Assembly (NCBI RefSeq): GCF_032062105.1
Contig: NW_026932781.1
Location: forward strand, 1 to 52,163
Source: Saccostrea cucullata
Lineage: Eukaryota
Direction of reading: 5' to 3'
DNA: 52,163 nucleotides
Both the position numbers and the translations under genes were made by a program. Each line of letters begins with the position of its first letter. The stretch's first letter is position 1. The notes under the pieces were generated by a model. The model was not told the origin of the DNA and did no database searches. It saw nothing but the letters and a program-made list of their open reading frames with translations. Below, in pieces: positions 1-11,926 of this stretch.

Positions 1-970
1 CATATCTGGTGTTCATATTCGGGTTGTAAGCTAATGAAGTGATGGTTGATCGATTGACCCCTCAACCCTTCCCGAACCCGGAAGTTAAAGGGTCAACCCT
101 GAGTTAACCCTGATTTTTAGGGTCCATTCAGGGTTATCCCTTTAAACTTCATATCTGGTGTTCATATTTGGGTTGTGAGCTAAGTTGTCGATGTTCAATC
201 CAAAAAACCCTCAACCCTTCCCGAACCCGGAAGTTAAAGGGTCAACCCTGAGTTAACCCTGATTTTCAGGGTTTATGCAGGGTTATCCCTTTAAACTTTA
301 TAGTTAGTGTTCATATTCGGGTTGTAACTTAAGGAGATGATGTTCAATTGAATGAACCCTCAACCCTGGCCCAACCCGGAAGTTAAAGGGTTTACCCTGA
401 GTTAACTCTGATTTTCAGGGTTTATTTAGGGTTATCCCTTCAAACTTCATATCTGGCGTTTATATTCGGGTTGTGAGTTAAGATGATGATGTTCAATCGA
501 ATGAACCCTCAACCCTACCCCAACCCGGAAGTTAAAGGGTTAACCCTGAGTTAACCCTGATTTTCAGGGTTGAACCAGGGTTATCCTTTTAAAGTTCATA
601 TCTGGTGTTCATATTAGGGTTGTAAGTTAAGGAGATGATGATTAATGGATTGAACCCTCAACCCTTCCCAAAACCGGAAGTTAAGGGGACAACCCTGAGT
701 TAACCCTGATTTTCAGGGTTGAACCAGGGTTATCCCTCTAAACTTCATATCTGATGTTCATCTACGGGTTGTAAGTTAAGGAGAAGTTAAAGGGTCAACC
801 CTGAGTTTACCCTGATTTTTAGGGTCCTTCGACGGTTATTCCTTTAAACTTCATATCTGGTGTTTATATTTGGGTTGTTATATAAGTAGATATAAGTAGA
901 TGATGTTTAATAGAATGAACCTCAAGCCTTCCCGAACCCAGAATTTAAATGGATGAGTCCGAGTTTACCC
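1..970. repeat. 149-bp telomere-like satellite array, copy 1
   Basis: The motif aacccgg ends at 81, 230 and 379 (period 149). The monomer is rich in aaccct/agggtt, and the last monomers are degenerate. Confidence 0.95.
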
Positions 971-1894
971 TTTCTTGAAGTCTTCGTCCAGTTTTATCTC
1001 CTTAAACCTCATATGTCTTGTTCTGATTGGGGTTGAATGATAGTTATACCAAGTCCATTTGCATGAGTTTTTAAATCTATCCAAATGCGGAAGTGTAAGG
1101 AATAACCTTGATGTAGCCCTTTTTTCAGTCTTCGTTTTCTTGTTAATATTTTGTTCATCATTCTTAACTTCATATGTATCGTTAATATTCTAAAGTCATA
1201 ATAATAGATAATGTTCAATTAATTGAGCCCTAAGAAATGTTAAATCCTTATGTTTTCAGATGTCTTATGTCTTGATATCTGCTTATTGTAATTGATTTTT
1301 AATATAATTAATTATCATACCAATTCTGCCCAGAGGCATGAAGTTCAAATTGTCATACAGAGTAAACCCTTATTGTAGAATTTATTCAGGTAATTTACTA
1401 TCACATAATATCTGGAAAAAGAATTTTTTGACCCAATTTAACAGAAAAGTCAATGCAACCTAAAAAATCAGAATTAAATTGTAATCCGAATATTTAATTC
1501 ATGCACCTTTGCATTTTTGGGGGGTTAAAAATAAACAACTGTTTCATATAAAAATCATTTATTTATTTATTTTTCAATCTGTGCTATGATCATTTTTTTA
1601 ATATTCCTTATTAAAAAGTACACAGCAAAACATGCAATTCAGTGATTATCTTACAAACTTGCTGTCAAATGACAGAATGATCTGACAAAATACGAGAAAA
1701 ATATCAATTAAGTCCATAATACAAGAATTGAAACGATTCACATTTATTTATATCAATTTAAGCCATTAATTTTTAACCTTGTCATTAAACAACCCATCAT
1801 GAATTACAGACTTTCACATATAATTGTGAAATAATAATAATGAAAACTTAGAAGAATTCTTTTCACAATTAACGCTTCTCAATTTTGCCAATGT

Positions 1895-2693
1895 TCATTT
1901 TAGACTATCTCCCACCAGCTCTTCAAGTTCCTTCTGGAGTCTTGCTTTCTCTCTTTGCGCTCTTTTCTTCTTCACGATATTTTTCACCTTCTCTTGTAAA
2001 TAGAGTGCAAAATCGCCCTTAATGTCCGGCTTCCACTCTGGGGCCCAAATTCTATCCCGCACTCCCTCCTCGATCAGTTTTTGGATATCCACCAATTTTG
2101 CTATTTAACACGAAATAACAGTTAACTTTTTCAAAATACTTTATAACAAGGGAATTATTCAAAAACGTCAGCCAACACAATCATTTTTATTCTCATTAAT
2201 TAATATCCTTTCCCGTTAATCTACAGAGAATATGTTATACTTACTTGGTGTATTTGTCTCCTGCACCCCTACCCAATAATGGATATATGCAAGCTGAAGT
2301 TGGCTGACTTTCTCTTTCTCTGGACGGTAGGTGATGCCCTCTAATACTTCCTCGACTTTCTCTCGCATGTCTTCTTTCAAATCATCCACCGACAAGGCAA
2401 CTTCTTCTTCTTCCTCCTCCTCCTCACTCTCCTCTTCTATTAACTTTCTTTTAACTCCCTTTCCGGACTCAACTTCACTTTCTAGGGTCTCCACCCTGAC
2501 TTTAACTTCTTTCAATTCATTACTAAACTTTACCATAGTCTCCATAACGAATTCTCGCAAACCTTCATACTTTGCGTCGTTTTCATCTATCAAAATGAAA
2601 ATGGTATGTGAAGTTAAAATATGCTTGCTATAGAAAATATCTTTCCAGAAACATGTAAACTACAATACCTTCTGATAGATTTCCTTTCTCCAT
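1895..2693 (-). CDS. Spliced ~190-aa acidic/coiled-coil protein, copy 1 (exons 2693-2669, 2586-2245, 2100-1895)
   Basis: ATG at 2693. GT-AG introns 2668-2587 and 2244-2101 (donor GTAAGT) are both phase 1 and join in frame: MEKGNLSE-D-ENDAKYEGLREF...ETNTP-T-KLVDIQKL...DSLK*. Exons total 25+342+206 = 573 nt. Confidence 0.75.
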
Positions 2694-3952
2694 ACTTCTT
2701 TTACAAGACGAATGACAAATCTGTAATACAAGTGAACATCGCAAAATAATTGGAAAAACAAATTTGTGGGAAGATATTATAATTTCATAAAACCAAAACA
2801 TACTAATCTTATGTATAATAGGAGTTTTATTGTCTTATCTTTGAAGGTCTATACATACTCAATAATTACACCTTCATTCACAAATAACTATTTATTTGAA
2901 GCTGCTCAGAGAGAACCAAATACTAAATTTTGCAGCCCATAAAAATTAATTCTTACCTCTAAGAATTGCTTTCAATTTAAAGGATCCTAATTCTTGTACG
3001 GAAATAGCCGTCCACACTATAGGAGTGACAAGGTACAAATGACTGCAGCTAGCTGTGTCAACGTTAGCGCGCGCTCTGAGTGATGGGAAAGCGCACTTCA
3101 CACCCCTTTGTGTATTGTGAATTCACAAGCTCAGCGTTCTTAGGTAAGTGTTTGCAGCTGTCAAATTCTAGAGTCCAGTCTTGTCCTGTAATGCATTTAG
3201 AGTTAGGGAAAACATATTATGGTGAACGTTCTAAAATATAAAACAATTTTTGTAAAACGAACAACACTTTTGACATAGGTTTTTTTGTGTGTTATTTATT
3301 TATGCTTTATTCGCAGACAAAGACTTATTCCTGCGAATTTAAACCTTCTGATAAAATATAAAATGCGTTCAACAATTCAGCGTATTCTCTCTAGGGGAAT
3401 TTAACGGATTTTGTGATTTTGTGAAAATATGATCCCGATAAAATAATCATTCCTTGGGGTAAATGGATGTTCTTAATCACTTCCTTGGGTTACTTTACTA
3501 AAAATTGTTATTTTCTTTCTAAATAGATATTTGGAATCAGCTTCGACAGAATATATTATGTTATGCAGTTTTCAATTTTATTAATTAAGAAACATGACTT
3601 AAGTAACTTTTCGATAAATGTTTAATATGTAAATATAAGTCAAAAGGTTCTGAATCGGATTTAACGCAAAATTATGTAATCTGATACGAAATAAATTGGA
3701 AAAACTCTCATGACCTTTATTAATTTCATATGTAGACATTGCAAATATTCATAACATCAGACATTTCATCAGTAATAAATTATTATAGGTCAACAACTGT
3801 TAAATGTTAAAAAAAACAATTCATAAATGTTTTTTTTTTGTATCATCTCCAATTATCTCTCTAACTCCTACATTTCCGTCCAAAACTGTTATATCTTCTG
3901 ACTTGAGAAAGTTTATAAAAGCGTCAAAACATTTCGGTGTGTTTAAATGTGC

Positions 3953-6726
3953 TTATTTATTTGAAACTCTCTTCAGTTTTGTTTCGAAAGCCCTGAACGT
4001 ACGGAAAGGAATATTTGATTTTAAACACTGTAATTTAAAGTGTTCGTATTTTTGGTGAACGCTTATCTTCTCCAAGCTTTGAGCATGCAGGAATTCCAGC
4101 TCTTGTGCCGACCAGGGAGCTTTATAAGATGTGGAAATCGGGTAGCAGGAGGAAGTTCTCCGAAGTCCTATGTTTTTATCAAAAAGAATGGGGTCATCAT
4201 CGCGATCACCATATTCATCAGTGACATTTCCAGGTAGTTCTGCGACTTCCTGTTCTGTTTCCTTTCTCTCGTCCTTTTTGTTAGTTTTCTGTTCTTCTCC
4301 TGTCAATATTTCCAGTTTATGTGGGATTGTAAAGTGCAAGCGATTCAACTGCAAATTGCGGAATCTAAAATTGGCCAATTGTAACTTGGACAAAATCTCT
4401 AATGCAATCAACTTGTTCTTGTGTAAGGGTAGATCAGTCATAAGAACCACTAGCCTGTCATATTCAACGAAATGGCCCTGCATCAAAAGAGCAATACAGC
4501 TTATGAACGTCATTGTTATCACTGTTTGATCTCTCTTTTCAACTTTCGAAGACACATTGATACCCAGGGAAGTATCTTTGGTGTTTTCTTTATTTTGCTT
4601 GGATACACAAGGCCCCGTTTTTCGAGTTCACCTTTAACTAGATCAGATATTGTAATTAGTGTAGCTTCGGTGATATCTGTCGATTCTTTGTCATACACAA
4701 CCGCCCAAAACTTGTCCTTAAAGGACCAAGTAAGGGTCATGTTTCCATGTTTGTCGTATGTGGTCACCGCGGGAAAATGTTTAAGCTCCAGTTCCAGTAA
4801 TCCGGCCTCTATGATCTCTGCCAATGGAAGGTTACTTTTATCCAAAAGTAAGTTCAAGCTGGGAAAAACCATTTGGGCATTAGTTCTCCTGTTTGTTGTT
4901 AGCAGTTTTACTAGCGACTTGAGGGTTACAGCTCCTACTGTATTAAAAGTGGTCTTACAGGACTTCATCTGTCTTAGGAAATCTTCAAACAGAACATAAC
5001 TAGCCATCTTGCCAGTTTCGTGCAAGTCATGTAGTAAGGCAACGACCAGATGTCTACCAATAACTCCGTAGCTGCCATCCAAGTGATCGTGTAATCCCAC
5101 TGATCGTGTTATCATCTTACTTATAGCCTCAGATGTTGTCCATATTTCTGGTGGTGGAATACTATATTCGTTTTGCATACAGGTTGAGTACACTTCTAAA
5201 GATAGGAATCCAAAGTGGTCACTCACACTCCGACTGGGTCCAAGAGCGCCGGGTCCCAGATTTATTGAGTATGTTGTGCTCCTTCCACAAAGTGGTTTTC
5301 CCCACAACATTTTTTCTGAGGCTAGTTCTAACTGGTAGGATTGCCAGGTAGCAAGCACATTTCCTGTTTTCTGATACTCGTTCAAAAGTTCCTGAAGTTC
5401 CTTGCAAATCCATAAGCCCAAATGTCTAATGCATGTGAGAATTTGACTGGGAAAAGGCACCAACATAGGACAACTTTCTAACAGAAATTCAAGATTTGTT
5501 ATATCAATAAAATCCAAGGCATGCAAATGGTCTGCAACAGAATCCTGTGAGACGACAAATTCTATCCTACATGCACTTTTCCTCAGCAATGTCCAGTTAC
5601 TTTGTAATGTTGATATATAATGCTCTGCGTCACGTAGAAATGCTTCCGCTGTCGATCGTGGGAAACACATACCCCCAACAATGCAGCCAGACACTGGATG
5701 ATATCGTCCATTTGGTTGCCGGTGTGGAATGTCAGCATAAAGCTGTACAAATTGAACATCTTGTGGAAAACGACAAATCTTCATCAAACAATCTTTAACA
5801 TCCATTGCTCTGCCATCTAAATTGCTCTGATAATTACCGCAGTCTGTGAACGATAAGCAGCTACTTAGTGTTCCTCTGTGGCCAATAACTTGTTCCAAAC
5901 CTACTGTGGACCAAAGCAGATCAACGTCTTCACTGTCTGACAAAATGTTTCCGGCAACATGAATAGTTGTACGCAGTATTAATTCAGTAAAGAAATCTGA
6001 CAAGGATAGCCCACATGTCATTTTTTCACCAAATCTGAAGCAAAATATGATTGGTCTTAAAAATCCACTTTGAGGCAGTTCGTCTAAAGATGTTTGCAAT
6101 GCTTCGAGTATGGGACAACAGTCATCAGGTAAAATGAACATTTTTCGAGCGTCATTAATGTCATTCTTTTGCAGAGTTCTCGTTGCCTCCCCCCTCAAGG
6201 CAAGTGTCATTAGTGAAGTTTTAAAACTTTCCCTCAGCTGGAAAAAGGTGGCTAAGGTTTGTTGTCTTACTTGCTGCTTTGATAACGCAACTGAATGGAT
6301 TTGGTGCACAGGAATTAATCCTATCCAACATTCCCATCCCCTCTCATAGAATAATTGAAAGCCTAGGCTGTTTGAAAATGTCATGAGTTCGCTTTTACTA
6401 TACTGTGGTAATTTTATATGCTTTTTCAAAACGCTTCTAACATTCCGTAAACTGGCATGATCGTGGGGAAACAGAGTAATATGTCTCACTGGCATTCTAA
6501 TTGCTGTCAAAGATTTTAATTCCAAAACGCATCCATCAATATCGAATGAATATCTCAACCATACTTCTCTGTCTACTTCATCGACTGTCAAACATCTTCC
6601 ATAAATTCGTTCATCCCTTCTTAAAAAGAGTTGAGGTGTTTCAGATAAAGAATTGTATAGCTTTGCTAAATTAAAGTTCTCTTGCACGGTTTCAGAAAAA
6701 GTTTGTACACTTTCATCAACGTCCAT
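3953..6726 (-). pseudogene. 928-aa unknown protein, copy 1, frameshifted
   Basis: A 13-bp deletion (ccatgtccatttt) near 4530 relative to copies 2 and 3 splits the ORF into 735-aa and 200-aa pieces. It could be an assembly error. Confidence 0.8.
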
Positions 6727-7625
6727 CTGAAATTAGAAAAACATTGTTTTTAGAATGGTACTCTTTGCAAAAGATGTAAAATCCAGAAAAAATTCATGTG
6801 CTGAAAATTATACTAACAATATCAAAAAATCCTGCATAAAAATAACCCTGGGTTAAACCCGTGTATATTCTGGGTTAGACTTGGGTTTATCCTGGGTTAA
6901 ACCCGGGTATATCCTGGATTATACCTGGGTTATACCCAGGTATATCCTGGGTTATACCTGGGTATATCTCGGGTTATACCCGGGTTAATCCTGGGTTATA
7001 CCCGGGTTTATCCTGGGTTATACCCGAGTATATCTTGGGTTATATCTTGGGTTATACCCGGGTTTATCCAGGGTTAAACCCAGGTATATCTCGGGTTATA
7101 CCCGGGTTAATCCTGGGTTATACCCGGGTTATACCCGGGTTTATCCTGGGTTATACCCGGGTATATCTTGGGTTATACCCGGGTTTATCCTGGGTTAAAC
7201 CCAGGTATATCTTGGGTTAAACCCGGGTATACCTGGGGTTAAACCCGGGTATACCTAGGGTATACCCGGGTTCAACCCGGGTATACCAAGGGTATACCTG
7301 GGTATACCACTGGTGTTCATACCCAGCATGATTTTAATTTTAATCAATGACCTTAATTTCAATCAATATGCTCTTATTGTATAATTAAAAGGAATATATC
7401 ATAATTACTTATTGAAAATACACTTTTATTTACCAGGTATAACTGAAAAATACAAAAAATATACATAAACTTTGTCCTTTTAAACACAAATAATTCAATA
7501 TACTTTCGTAAATTTTGAATGCTAAAATAAGGCAAAGTTATGCATAACTTCTAAAAAAAGATGTCGTTGTTTTCTCAAAAAACACATAATAATTAGCAAT
7601 TAAAAAAAATCAATTGAAATATTAC
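6727..7625 (-). other. Predicted 5'-UTR intron of the large ORF
   Basis: Minus-strand acceptor tttttctaatttcAG sits directly before the ATG (6726), and donor AAG|GTAAT is at 7625. Both are conserved in all four copies. Confidence 0.6.
6844..7308. repeat. 11/22-bp palindromic minisatellite (tacccgggtttatcctgggtta)n, copy 1
   Basis: Alternating cccggg/cctggg cores spaced 11 bp apart, with GGGTTA motifs. Confidence 0.95.
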
Positions 7626-7721
7626 CTTAGATTAAGAAAATCACCCATTAAATACACCACAGTATATAAGCGTCTGAATCGAAAGAAATCCAGCAACAAA
7701 ATACCTACTTTCACAATAAAA

Positions 7722-7777
7722 TGATTGACAATCACGTGATAAAATAGGCGGAGTTCCGCATTCCCGCACCCGCATCA
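7722..7777 (-). promoter_or_regulatory. Conserved element terminus / putative promoter
   Basis: Palindromes tgattg-a-caatca and atcacgtgat (E-box), hairpin gcgga-gt-tccgc, and three tgcgg repeats on the minus strand. The end point is identical in all four copies. Confidence 0.5.
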
Positions 7778-8037
7778 NNNNNNNNNNNNNNNNNNNNNNN
7801 NNNNNNNNNNNNNNNNNNNNNNNNNNNNNNNNNNNNNNNNNNNNNNNNNNNNNNNNNNNNNNNNNNNNNNNNNNNNNNNNNNNNNNNNNNNNNNNNNNNN
7901 NNNNNNNNNNNNNNNNNNNNNNNNNNNNNNNNNNNNNNNNNNNNNNNNNNNNNNNNNNNNNNNNNNNNNNNNNNNNNNNNNNNNNNNNNNNNNNNNNNNN
8001 NNNNNNNNNNNNNNNNNNNNNNNNNNNNNNNNNNNNN
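7778..8037. other. N-run (260 nt), probably masked (CCCTAA)n
   Basis: Starts at the same element base as the other three N-runs, which are followed closely by ccctaa repeats. The content is inferred, not seen. Confidence 0.55.
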
Positions 8038-11000
8038 TTTCAGGGTTTATGCAGGGTTATCCCTTTAAACTTCATATCTGGTGTTCATATTCGGGTTGTA
8101 AGCTAAGTAGGAACCCTAACCCTAACCCTAACCCTAACCCTAACCCTAACCCTAACTCTAACCCTAACCCTTATTTTCATGGTTTCTGCAGGGTTATCAC
8201 TTTAAACTTCATATCTGGTGTTCATATTCGGGTTGTAAGCTAACGAGTGATGTTCAATCGAATGAACCCTCAACCCTGCCCGAACCCGGAAGTTAAAGAG
8301 TCAACCCTGAGTTAACCCTGATTTTCAGGGTTGTTGCAGGGTTATCCCTTTAAACTTCATATCTGGTGTTCATATTCGGGTTATAAGCTAAGGAGGTGAT
8401 GTTCAATCCAGAAACCCCTCAACCCTGCCCGAACCCGGAAGTTAAAGGGTCAACCCTGAGTTAACCCTCATTTTCAGGGTTTATGCAGGGTTATCCCTTT
8501 AAACTTCATATCTGGTGTTCATATTCGGGTTGTAAGCTAAGTAGGTAATGTTCAATCCAAAAAACCCTCAACCCTTCCCGAACCCGGAAGTTAAAGGGTC
8601 AACCCTGAGTTAACCCTGATTTTCAGGGGTTATGCAGGGTTATCCCTTTAAACTTTAAACCCTGATTTTTAGGGTTTATTCAGGGTTATCCCTTTAAACT
8701 TCATATGGTTCAATCCAAACAACCCTCAACCCTTCCCGAACCCGGAAGTTAAAGGGTCAAACCTGAGTTAACCCTGATTTTCAGGGTTTATGCAGGGTTA
8801 TCCCTTTAAACTTCATATCTGGTGTTCATATTTGGGTTGTAAGCTAAGTAGGTGATGGTTGATCGATTGACCCCTCAACCCTTCCCGAACCCGGAAGTTA
8901 AAGGGTCAACCCTGAGTTAACCCTGATTTTCAGGGTTTCTGCAGGGTTATCCCTTTAAACTTCATATCTGGTGTTCATATTCGGGTTGTAAGCTTAGTAC
9001 GTGATTGTTGATAGATTGACCCCTCAACCCTTCCCGAACCCGGAAGTTAAAGGGTCAACCCTGAGTTAACCCTGATTTTCAGGGTTTATGCAGGGTTATC
9101 CCTTTAAACTTCATATCTGGTGTTCATATTCGGGTTGTAAGCTAAGTAGGTGATGGGTTGTCAAGAACCCGGAAGTTAAAGGGTCAACCCTGAGTTAACC
9201 CTGATTTTCAGGGTTCAGGGTTATCCCTTTAAACTTCAATCTGGTGTTCATACGGGTTGTAAGCCTCAACCCTTCCCGAACCCGGAAGTTAAAGGGTCAA
9301 CCCTGAGTTAACCCTGATTTTCAGGGTTTATGCAGGGTTATCCCTTTAAACTTCATATCTGGTGTTCATATTCGGGTTGTAAGCTAAGTAGGTGATGTTG
9401 ATCAAAAAACCCTCAACCCTTCCCGAACCCGGAAGTTAAAGGCTCAACCCTGAGTTAACCCTGATTTTTAAGGTCCATTCAGGGTTATCCCTTTAAACTT
9501 CATATCTGGTGTTCATATTTGGGTTGTAAGCTAAGTAGGTGATGGTTGGTCGATTGACCTCTCAACCCTGCCCGAACCCGGAAGTTAAAGGGTCAACCCT
9601 GAGTTAACCCTGATTTTCAGGGTTTATGCAGGGTTATCCCTTTAAACTTCATATCTGGGTTATCCCTTTAAACTTCATATCAATGGTGTTCATATTCGGG
9701 TTGTAAGCTAAGTAGGTAAGTATCCCTTTAAACTTCATATCTGGTGTTCATATTCGGGTTGTAAGTTAAGTAGAGGATGCTTAATTGATTGACCCCTCAA
9801 CCCTTGCCGAACCCGGAAGTTAAAGGGTCAACCCTGAGTTAACCCTGATTTTCAGGGTTTATGCAGGGTTATCCCTTTAAACTTCATATCTGGTGTTCAT
9901 ATTCGGGTTGTAAGTTAAGTAGGTGATGGTTGTGACCCTCAACCCTGCCCGAACCCGGAAGTTAAAGGGTCAACCCTGAGTTAACCCTGATTTTCAGGGT
10001 TTATGCAGGGTTATCCCTTTAAACTTCATATCTGGTGTTCATATTCGGGTTGTAAGCTAAGTAGGTGATGGTTGATCGATTGACCCCTCAACCCTTCCCG
10101 AACCCGGAAGTTAAAGGGTCAACCCTGAGTTAACCCTGATTTTTAGGGTCCATTCAGGGTTATCCCTTTAAACTTCATATCTGGTGTTCATATTCGGGTT
10201 GTAAGCTAAGTAGGGGATGGTTGATCGATTGATTCCTCAACCCTTCCCGAACCCGGAAGTTAAAGGGTCAACCCTGAGTTAACCCTGATTGTCAGGGTTT
10301 ATGCTGGGTTATCCCTTTAAACTTCATAGCTAGTGTTCATATTCGGGTTGTAACTTAAGGAGATGATGTTCAATCGAATGAACCCTCAACCCTGCCCGAA
10401 CCCGGAAGTTAAAGGGTCAACCCTGAGTTAACCCTGATTTTCAGGGTTTATGCAGGGTTATCCCTTTAAACTTCATATCTGGTGTTCATATTCGGGTTGT
10501 AAGCTAAGGAGGTGATGGTTGATCGATTGACCCCTCAACCCTTCCCGAACCCGGAAGTTAAAGGGTCAACCCTGAGTTAACCCTGATTTTTAGGGTCCAT
10601 TCAGGGTTATCCCTTTAAACTTCATATCTGGTGTTCATATTTGGGTTGTAAGCTAAGTAGGTGATGGTTGATCGTTTGACCCCTCAACCCTGCCCGAACC
10701 CGGAAGTTAAAGGGTCAACCCTGAGTTAACCCTGATTTTTTCAGGGTTTATGCAGGGTTATCCCTTTAAACTTCATAGCTGGTGTTCATATTCGGGTTGT
10801 AACTTAAGGAGATGATGTTCAATCGAATGAACCCTCAACCCTGGCCTAACCCGGAAGTTAAAGGGTCAACCTTGAGTTAACCCTGATTTTCAGGATTTAT
10901 GCAGGGTTATCCCTGTAAACTTCATATCTGGTGTTCATATTCGGGTTGTAAGCTAATGAAGTGATGGTTGATCGATTGACCCCTCAACCCTTCCCGAACC

Positions 11001-11926
11001 CGGAAGTTAAAGGGTCAACCCTGAGTTAACCCTGATTTCTAGGTTCCATTCAGGGTTATCCCTTTAAACTTCATATCTGGTGTTCATATTTGGGTTGTGA
11101 GCTATATCCCTTTAAACTTCATATCTGGTGTTCATAGTTGTGATCGATGTTCAATCCAAAAAACCCTCAACCCTTCCCGAACCCGGAAGTTAAAGGGTCA
11201 ACCCTGAGTTAACCCTGATTTTCAGGGTTTATGCAGGGTTATCCCTTTAAACTTTATAGTTAGTGTTCATATTCGGGTTGTAACTTAAGGAGATGATGTT
11301 CAATCGAATGAACCCTCAACCCTGGCCCAACCCGGAAGTTAAAGGGTTTACCCTGAGTTAACTCTGATTTTCAGGGTTTATGCAGGGTTATCCCTTCAAA
11401 CTTCATATCTGGCGTTTATATTCGGGTTGTGAGTTAAGATGATGATGTTCAATCGAATGAACCCTCAACCCTACCCCAACCCGGAAGTTAAAGGGTTAAC
11501 CCTGAGTTAACCCTGATTTTCAGGGTTGAACCAGGGTTATCCTTTTAAAGTTCATATCTGGTGTTCATATTAGGGTTGTAAGTTAAGGAGATGATGATTA
11601 ATGGATTGAACCCTCAACCCTTCCCAAAACCGGAAGTTAAGGGGACAACCCTGAGTTAACCCTGATTTTCAGGGTTGAACCAGGGTTATCCCTCTAAACT
11701 TCATATCTGATGTTCATCTACGGGTTGTAAGTTAAGGAGAAGTTAAAGGGTCAACCCTGAGTTTACCCTGATTTTTAGGGTCCTTCGACGGTTATTCCTT
11801 TAAACTTCATATCTGGTGTTTATATTTGGGTTGTTATATAAGTAGATATAAGTAGATGATGTTTAATAGAATGAACCTCAAGCCTTCCCGAACCCAGAAT
11901 TTAAATGGATGAGTCCGAGTTTACCC
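8038..11926. repeat. 149-bp satellite array, copy 2
   Basis: Same monomer as 1-970; several monomers are truncated or garbled. Confidence 0.95.
8112..8171 (+). repeat. Telomeric (CCCTAA)~10 tract inside the satellite
   Basis: aaccctaaccctaaccct... with one ctctaa variant. Confidence 0.9.

Larger units (their letters stand above)
1..7777 (-). mobile_element. Telomere-associated tandem element, copy 1 (left end cut by the window)
   Basis: Near-identical to copies 2-4 (offset about 10.96 kb to copy 2). Ends at ...cccgcacccgcatca immediately before an N-run. Confidence 0.8.

Noticed and set aside
1009-1218. 69-aa minus-strand ORF repeated in each unit
   Set aside because: It has a non-ATG start, AT-rich low-complexity composition and no splice support; its conservation only reflects recent duplication.
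2331-6349. Plus-strand ORFs of 65-175 aa overlapping the two genes, and their copies
   Set aside because: They are antisense shadows of the minus-strand coding frames (for example poly-Ser opposite poly-Glu), mostly with non-ATG starts.
7035-8243. ORFs inside minisatellite, satellite or telomere tracts (also 38554-38802, 41089-41403, 41737-41964)
   Set aside because: They are translations of simple repeats (GYTRV, NPNP, LGLG, LTLT).
8038-11926. CRISPR-like array (constant repeat plus a variable ~25-nt segment)
   Set aside because: The variable segments are a few recurring related variants, not unique spacers. The repeat is over 120 bp, there are no cas genes, and the context is eukaryotic.
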